From the NCBI GenBank assembly GCA_050253415.1, contig JBFWJC010000001.1, positions 1,096,679 to 1,160,678 of the forward strand: a stretch of DNA of 64,000 nt. Reading direction: 5' to 3'. Shown here one piece after another: positions 59,404 through 64,000 of this stretch (the stretch's first letter is position 1; every line of letters starts with the position of its first letter). The notes below the pieces were generated by a model. It was not told the DNA's origin, ran no database searches, and worked only from the letters and a program-made list of their open reading frames with translations. The translations under genes and the position numbers were made by a program. The DNA comes from Pedobacter sp. (GTDB lineage Bacteria; Desulfobacterota; Desulfuromonadia; Desulfuromonadales; Syntrophotaleaceae).

Positions 59404-59760
59404 GTTCCTGGTTCCCTCTTTGATTTAAATTTCCGGCCTGGAGCCGGTTTAGTAGAAAAAATGAATTGATGCTTGTTGCTTTTGTAATGTGTTTGCCGAG
59501 CCGCTTGTTTTTACGCCCAAACCGCAGACGAGGACTCTTAAACAACAACTTTTTAAATATAAAATTATGTTTTATAGATGTCAACCACAACTGTGGCGAG
59601 CGCGCAGGCTTTTTCTGGGCGTTGTTCGGATTGACGACAGACCTGTGTATCGTTGTTGGGTTGCTCTGGCGTCTGAGCCTCCCGATCTCACCGCATGGCG
59701 CTTATCCATCATTCGGTCGCATCTTAACAGCAAATAGTGGGCCAATGATTCCTGTTGCTG

Positions 59761-60957
59761 TTACGCGTCGGGCTTCATAACTTCGCGAAGGACAGTGGTG
59801 GCAAAGCTTCCTTTGGGAAGTGCGAAGGATAATGTCAGTTGGTCCCCTTGCTGGCTTGTTGCAATCATTGATATCGGAATCCGCAGTGGGCGACGTTCGC
59901 CCGGCATGGAGATACCTGAACCGAGACGGAAATCCTCAAGTTGAATCCCCTCTTTGGCCAGTAAGGCTTGCTCGAGTATGCCTGCCTGGGCCTCGGCAAG
60001 TTTGACTTTGTAGCCCAGGAGCGGGGCCGTGGGGCTGATTTCCAGACGGTCGGCCCGGGGCTGCTCTTCGGCGGGGTCCGTTACCAGGAAACAGGCGCCA
60101 TTATCATGTTTGTAGGCCAGATCGCCGGCCCAGAGCGTCTCGATGCTATCCAGTCGCATGGTCACCAACCGGTCGAACAGGTGGGATTGGTACGCAGACA
60201 CATAAAGGCGCAGCAGTTTGCCGGGTAGGCGGCGGACCGCGTCTTCGGGGCTGCGGCCCTGGCGCAGGTTGCGAATCAGGTTGCGTTCATTGCGCATGCG
60301 AGGGGGCAGGGCTTCCTCGGCCTCGGGCAGTCGGTTTTCTGAGAACAGGGTGGCGGCTTTATGCCATCCAGGGTGGACGATTTTGTTCGGATCGCCAATA
60401 ATCTGTGCAACTGCCAGGTCAAAATTTTTCTGTACGATGGCTTGCCCGATGAGGTGGGAGTTGCCGAGGGATCCATAGCGCTGTTCGCCAAAGAAATTCG
60501 GCACCCCTGTCATTTTCAGGATATGTAGAATGTCGCGAGCCTTTTCCAGGGCGTCATTATCGACACCTCTGATGATGATCGTGAACTGGTTGCCGGCCAG
60601 GTGGCCAAGGCGCAGTTTGTTGCGGTGTTTGCGGGCGGAGAGGATGCGAATGTCTTCCAGTTGAAGCGCGAGGGCTTGCTCCGGGTTGCAGCCAGGCACG
60701 GAAATGAATTGCCTGGTAGTTGCCATGGCATCCTTGAGGCCGGCATATCCCATGGCGCGCTCGTCGACCTGTAACGCTTTTGCGATGCGCTTAAGGGCCT
60801 CAAAGGTGGTTACACCGCATTTTTCCACCTCCAGATAAAGGTGTTCTCCTTCACCGCAAGCGGCATACAGGGGTAACTCTTCAACCAGGAAGTCCTCGGG
60901 GCAGGTTTTGATGTTGCCGCCGGTTCCGGGATTATTTGCTGTGAGATATCTACCCAT
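59761..60957 (-). CDS. truD: tRNA pseudouridine(13) synthase
   Basis: PEDFLVEE, YAGLKD, GNQF, PNFFGEQRYG, AYQSHLF, LPKGSFAT; ATG 60957 after GGAG. Confidence 0.94.
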   Translation of the reverse strand: MGRYLTANNPGTGGNIKTCPEDFLVEELPLYAACGEGEHLYLEVEKCGVTTFEALKRIAKALQVDERAMGYAGLKDAMATTRQFISVPGCNPEQALALQLEDIRILSARKHRNKLRLGHLAGNQFTIIIRGVDNDALEKARDILHILKMTGVPNFFGEQRYGSLGNSHLIGQAIVQKNFDLAVAQIIGDPNKIVHPGWHKAATLFSENRLPEAEEALPPRMRNERNLIRNLRQGRSPEDAVRRLPGKLLRLYVSAYQSHLFDRLVTMRLDSIETLWAGDLAYKHDNGACFLVTDPAEEQPRADRLEISPTAPLLGYKVKLAEAQAGILEQALLAKEGIQLEDFRLGSGISMPGERRPLRIPISMIATSQQGDQLTLSFALPKGSFATTVLREVMKPDA

Positions 60958-61648
60958 GATTGCCACTCCAGTCTATGCGGAAACCTCTTTGTGCCGATTG
61001 AGGGGGTGCGCCTTCGCAGACATGTTGCCGGTTTCGGCGGTGATGGATGAAGTGGATCGGTTGACCCTGAGCCAGAAAACGCCGCATGTATTTGGATAGA
61101 GGGTAGCCTGGTAGGTCGTGGGACACAGGAGTACCCAACTGGTTTTCAAAGCCATCGACCTGATCCAGGTGAGCCGCAACGGCGTCGGCGTAATCGGCTA
61201 CGTCACTACTGAAAAACAATTCCCCGTCAGGTTGCAGGTAGTGTAGCAAGGTCTGTAGAAACAGCTCGTTGACCAAGCGTCTTTTGAGGTGGCGCTTTTT
61301 GGGCCATGGGTCGGGGCAGTTGATGTAGATGGCGGTAAGGCATCCCGGAGTTAAGAAGCGGGATAGCAGGTACCGGGCTTCGATGCGCATCACGCGGACA
61401 TTGGACAGCCCCTGCAGCTCCAGTCGGTTGCAGGTTTTGTTGCAGCCCTTGTTGTATATATCGATTGCCAGGAAGTTTCGCTCAGGAGAGTTGGCCGCCA
61501 TTTGTGCCATGAAATCGCCGATCCCACAGCCTATCTCAAGCGCCAGTGGGTTTGAGTTTCCGAAGATCGCAGAGAAGTCGGCTGGTGACGATAAGTCTTC
61601 TTCCTTGAGGAAAAATGGCGATTTTATCTCGATCATGCTTTGAGTCAT
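60950..61648 (-). CDS. trmB: tRNA (guanine-N7)-methyltransferase
   Basis: LEIGCGIG; PDPWPKKRH.KRR; SKY. Confidence 0.92.
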   Translation of the reverse strand: MTQSMIEIKSPFFLKEEDLSSPADFSAIFGNSNPLALEIGCGIGDFMAQMAANSPERNFLAIDIYNKGCNKTCNRLELQGLSNVRVMRIEARYLLSRFLTPGCLTAIYINCPDPWPKKRHLKRRLVNELFLQTLLHYLQPDGELFFSSDVADYADAVAAHLDQVDGFENQLGTPVSHDLPGYPLSKYMRRFLAQGQPIHFIHHRRNRQHVCEGAPPQSAQRGFRIDWSGNHG

Positions 61649-61910
61649 GCCTGTGTCCTGTCGGGTGCTCTTGTTGGCCTTAAAAAAAAGATTTAGGCTA
61701 TCACGAAAGGTCTCTTGTCACAAGACGTTTTTTGACTGCAGGCCTTCGGGCGGGCGGGTCTTATCGGGCTTGAAAATGGTTGTGTTTCGACGTTTTAGAG
61801 GATAATCTGAACGGCCTGATTGTGATTGTGCCAGTGCGCGAATATCTTGTGTGTTATGAGGGCGAGGGCGCGCCTGGAGTTTATTTTACAAAGCCACCAA
61901 GGAGGCTTTT

Positions 61911-62951
61911 ATGCTTATCGTTATGCATCATAATGCTACCAGCGATCAGATCCAGGCCGTTGAACAGGCTATTTCCGCTCTGGGGTTGCTGGCTCAGCCC
62001 ATCCCTGGCGGCGAGAGAACCGCCATCGGGGTATTGGGCAACCGAGGATATGTGGACGATGCAACCATTCGAGACCTGCCCGGGGTGCTGGAAGTTATCC
62101 ATGTCAGTAAGCCGTATAAGATGGTGTCGCGCGATTTTCATCCGGCTTCGACGGTAGTGAGAATCGGCCCCGTTGTGGTGGGGGATGGCTGCCCTTCGGT
62201 GGTTATGGCCGGCCCCTGCTCCATTGAGAGCGAAGCTCAGATGCTGGAATCGGCTCGTCTGGTTAAGGCTGCCGGCGCCCATGTCCTGCGAGGTGGGGCT
62301 TTTAAGCCGCGCACCGGTCCCCACTCCTTTCAGGGATTGGGAGCTGAAGGGCTAAAGTATTTACAAGCCGCAGGCCAGGAGGTCGGTCTGCCGGTCGTTA
62401 CCGAGGTGATGCGCATCGAGCAGCTTGATCTTGCCTGCCGTTACGCAGACCTTCTGCAAATCGGTGCACGCAACATGCAGAATTTTGACTTGCTCAAAGA
62501 GGTGGGGCGACTTCGCTGTCCTGTGCTGTTGAAGCGCGGCATGAGTGCTACTATTGAGGAGTTTCTTGCTGCTGCCGAATATATTGTGGCGGAAGGCAAC
62601 GACCAGGTGATCCTGTGTGAGCGCGGCATCCGTACGTTCGAAACGGCGACCCGCAACACCCTTGATCTGTCAGTGGTGCCGCTGGTCAAGTCGTTGAGTC
62701 ATTTGCCGATCATTGTCGATCCTAGCCACGCCACGGGACGCCGCGCCCTGGTGCCGGTCATGTCGCGCGCAGCTCTGGTGGCAGGTGCGCATGGACTGAT
62801 GATCGAGGTGCATCCCTCACCGGATCAGGCCTTGTGCGATGGAGCGCAGAGCCTTACCGCTCAGGGCTTTTCACTGTTGATGAAGGAGTTGGCGTATCTG
62901 CAGGATTGTCTTGCGAAGCTACATGGGTCGGTAACTGGTGAACCAGTCTGA
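61911..62951 (+). CDS. aroF: DAHP synthase, type I-beta, with N-terminal regulatory domain
   Basis: AGPCSIES, GGAFKPRT, QIGARNMQN, LKRG, CERGIRTF, DPSH. Confidence 0.93.
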   Translation: MLIVMHHNATSDQIQAVEQAISALGLLAQPIPGGERTAIGVLGNRGYVDDATIRDLPGVLEVIHVSKPYKMVSRDFHPASTVVRIGPVVVGDGCPSVVMAGPCSIESEAQMLESARLVKAAGAHVLRGGAFKPRTGPHSFQGLGAEGLKYLQAAGQEVGLPVVTEVMRIEQLDLACRYADLLQIGARNMQNFDLLKEVGRLRCPVLLKRGMSATIEEFLAAAEYIVAEGNDQVILCERGIRTFETATRNTLDLSVVPLVKSLSHLPIIVDPSHATGRRALVPVMSRAALVAGAHGLMIEVHPSPDQALCDGAQSLTAQGFSLLMKELAYLQDCLAKLHGSVTGEPV

Positions 62952-63777
62952 ACAGAGTGATCTCGGGGGAACACATGAAGCGCACAGGCAGCATGCTGGT
63001 ACCCAGCCCACGGTTGACATACAGTGGAACCTTGGCCAGTCCTGCCTGATAGAACCCGGCTACAAAGGCCCCTGAAAAGCGGGGTAAATAAAGCGGCGGC
63101 AGCAACGGAAGGCGAACTTGCCCCCCATGGGTATGCCCGGCCAGCACCAGGTCGATGCGTTTATCCAGTAATTCATGGTTGAACGCCGGCACGTGAGATA
63201 GCATGAGGTTGAGGCGTCTGGGTCTGGCTCCTTGGACCAGGCGGGATAACTGGTCGGAGGGTGAAGGATAGTCGACGCCCAGAATGGATAAGGGTACTCC
63301 ATGTATCTGCAAGTCTCGTCGTTCGTTGATCAGCAGGGTGACATCCGCCCTGCTGAACTGGCGCCGCAGGTTTTCCCCCTCCAGTCGCGCCCAATATTCC
63401 CAGTTACCCTGTACGGCAAAAATACCAGCAGGGGCATGCAGTAAACGCAGAAATTTCAGCACCCCTTCCAGGTTGCGGCTTTGTTCGAGGTAGTCTCCCG
63501 TCAGCAGGATAGCATCAGGGCGCAACGTGCTGACCGTCTGGGCCACCCGTTCAAAATACCCCCGCGATGTTCTCAAGTGGAGATCCGACAGTTGGACCAG
63601 GCGTATCTCTTTGCCTTTTGGGATTTTGGCGATTGGGAGGAAGTGTCTTTCTATGCGTAATGCCTGGGGCTGACGCAACGTGGCATCTGCGGCAAACAGG
63701 CCGCCAATCATTACGGCCCCGCTTAACAGAAAGCGCCTTCGGGGCAGGGATTTGATGGTTGGTTTGGTGTGGGACAT
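62854..63777 (-). CDS. Calcineurin-like metallophosphoesterase with twin-arginine-type signal (YkuE/YaeI-like)
   Basis: RRRFLL N-terminus; SDLH, TGDY, GNWE, SH, GHTHGGQ, RGLG...PEI. Confidence 0.85.
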   Translation of the reverse strand: MSHTKPTIKSLPRRRFLLSGAVMIGGLFAADATLRQPQALRIERHFLPIAKIPKGKEIRLVQLSDLHLRTSRGYFERVAQTVSTLRPDAILLTGDYLEQSRNLEGVLKFLRLLHAPAGIFAVQGNWEYWARLEGENLRRQFSRADVTLLINERRDLQIHGVPLSILGVDYPSPSDQLSRLVQGARPRRLNLMLSHVPAFNHELLDKRIDLVLAGHTHGGQVRLPLLPPLYLPRFSGAFVAGFYQAGLAKVPLYVNRGLGTSMLPVRFMCSPEITLFRLVHQLPTHVASQDNPADTPTPSSTVKSPER

Positions 63778-64000
63778 GATCGTGGCCTGAATCCGCTTGA
63801 CTGCAAGGTCATCAACAACACTGTTGACCGAATTTCTCTGAATTATAAATGCTTCTGTGGCAACCTCTGTTGGGAAGCCGCTTTTGCAGTATTCGTAAAT
63901 AGTGCTTCATGTTGTTCTGCCTACGCTTGATGTGCGTACGGCTGGCTTAGCGTGATTTTGTGTGTCTACTATAGCATGGCGGACCGGGCCATCCAACCTT

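Noticed and set aside
59339..59780. Short ORFs upstream of the IclR gene
   Set aside because: AT-rich promoter DNA with no coding signal

Overview
Chromosomal window from an anaerobic deltaproteobacterium. Gene order and protein sequences suggest Desulfuromonadia (Syntrophotalea/Pelobacter/Geobacter-like); this is an inference. Bases 1-29.8 kb are one uninterrupted + strand ribosomal/RNA polymerase supercluster: rplK end, rplAJL, rpoBC, str, S10, spc, adk-map-rpmJ and alpha operons, with no infA. Then come trpEGDC-F (no trpBA), a DEAD-box helicase, family-5 UDG, accD-folC-lptD, a comEA-like gene, an ftsB-like gene, argS, a SPOR protein and an initiator tRNA-Met. From 45.1 to 50.4 kb is a decaying accessory islet: a truncated, frameshifted KamA-family radical SAM gene, and an orange-protein (orp)-like cluster (OrpR-like PAS-sigma54 activator, three NifB/NifX-family genes, Mrp/ApbC, plus an unannotated relic of the MinD/ferredoxin ATPase), followed by a MITE-like element. 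After that are nfnAB, a HEAT / HD-GYP / HEAT locus, coaE, an esterase, an IclR regulator, trmB-truD, DAHP synthase and a Tat-type metallophosphoesterase. The best candidate for an undescribed system is the HEAT-repeat + HD-GYP module: the two co-transcribed proteins share a paralogous N-terminal YPxxHP domain, and the HD-GYP enzyme carries an RxxQ motif associated with 3',3'-cGAMP hydrolysis.
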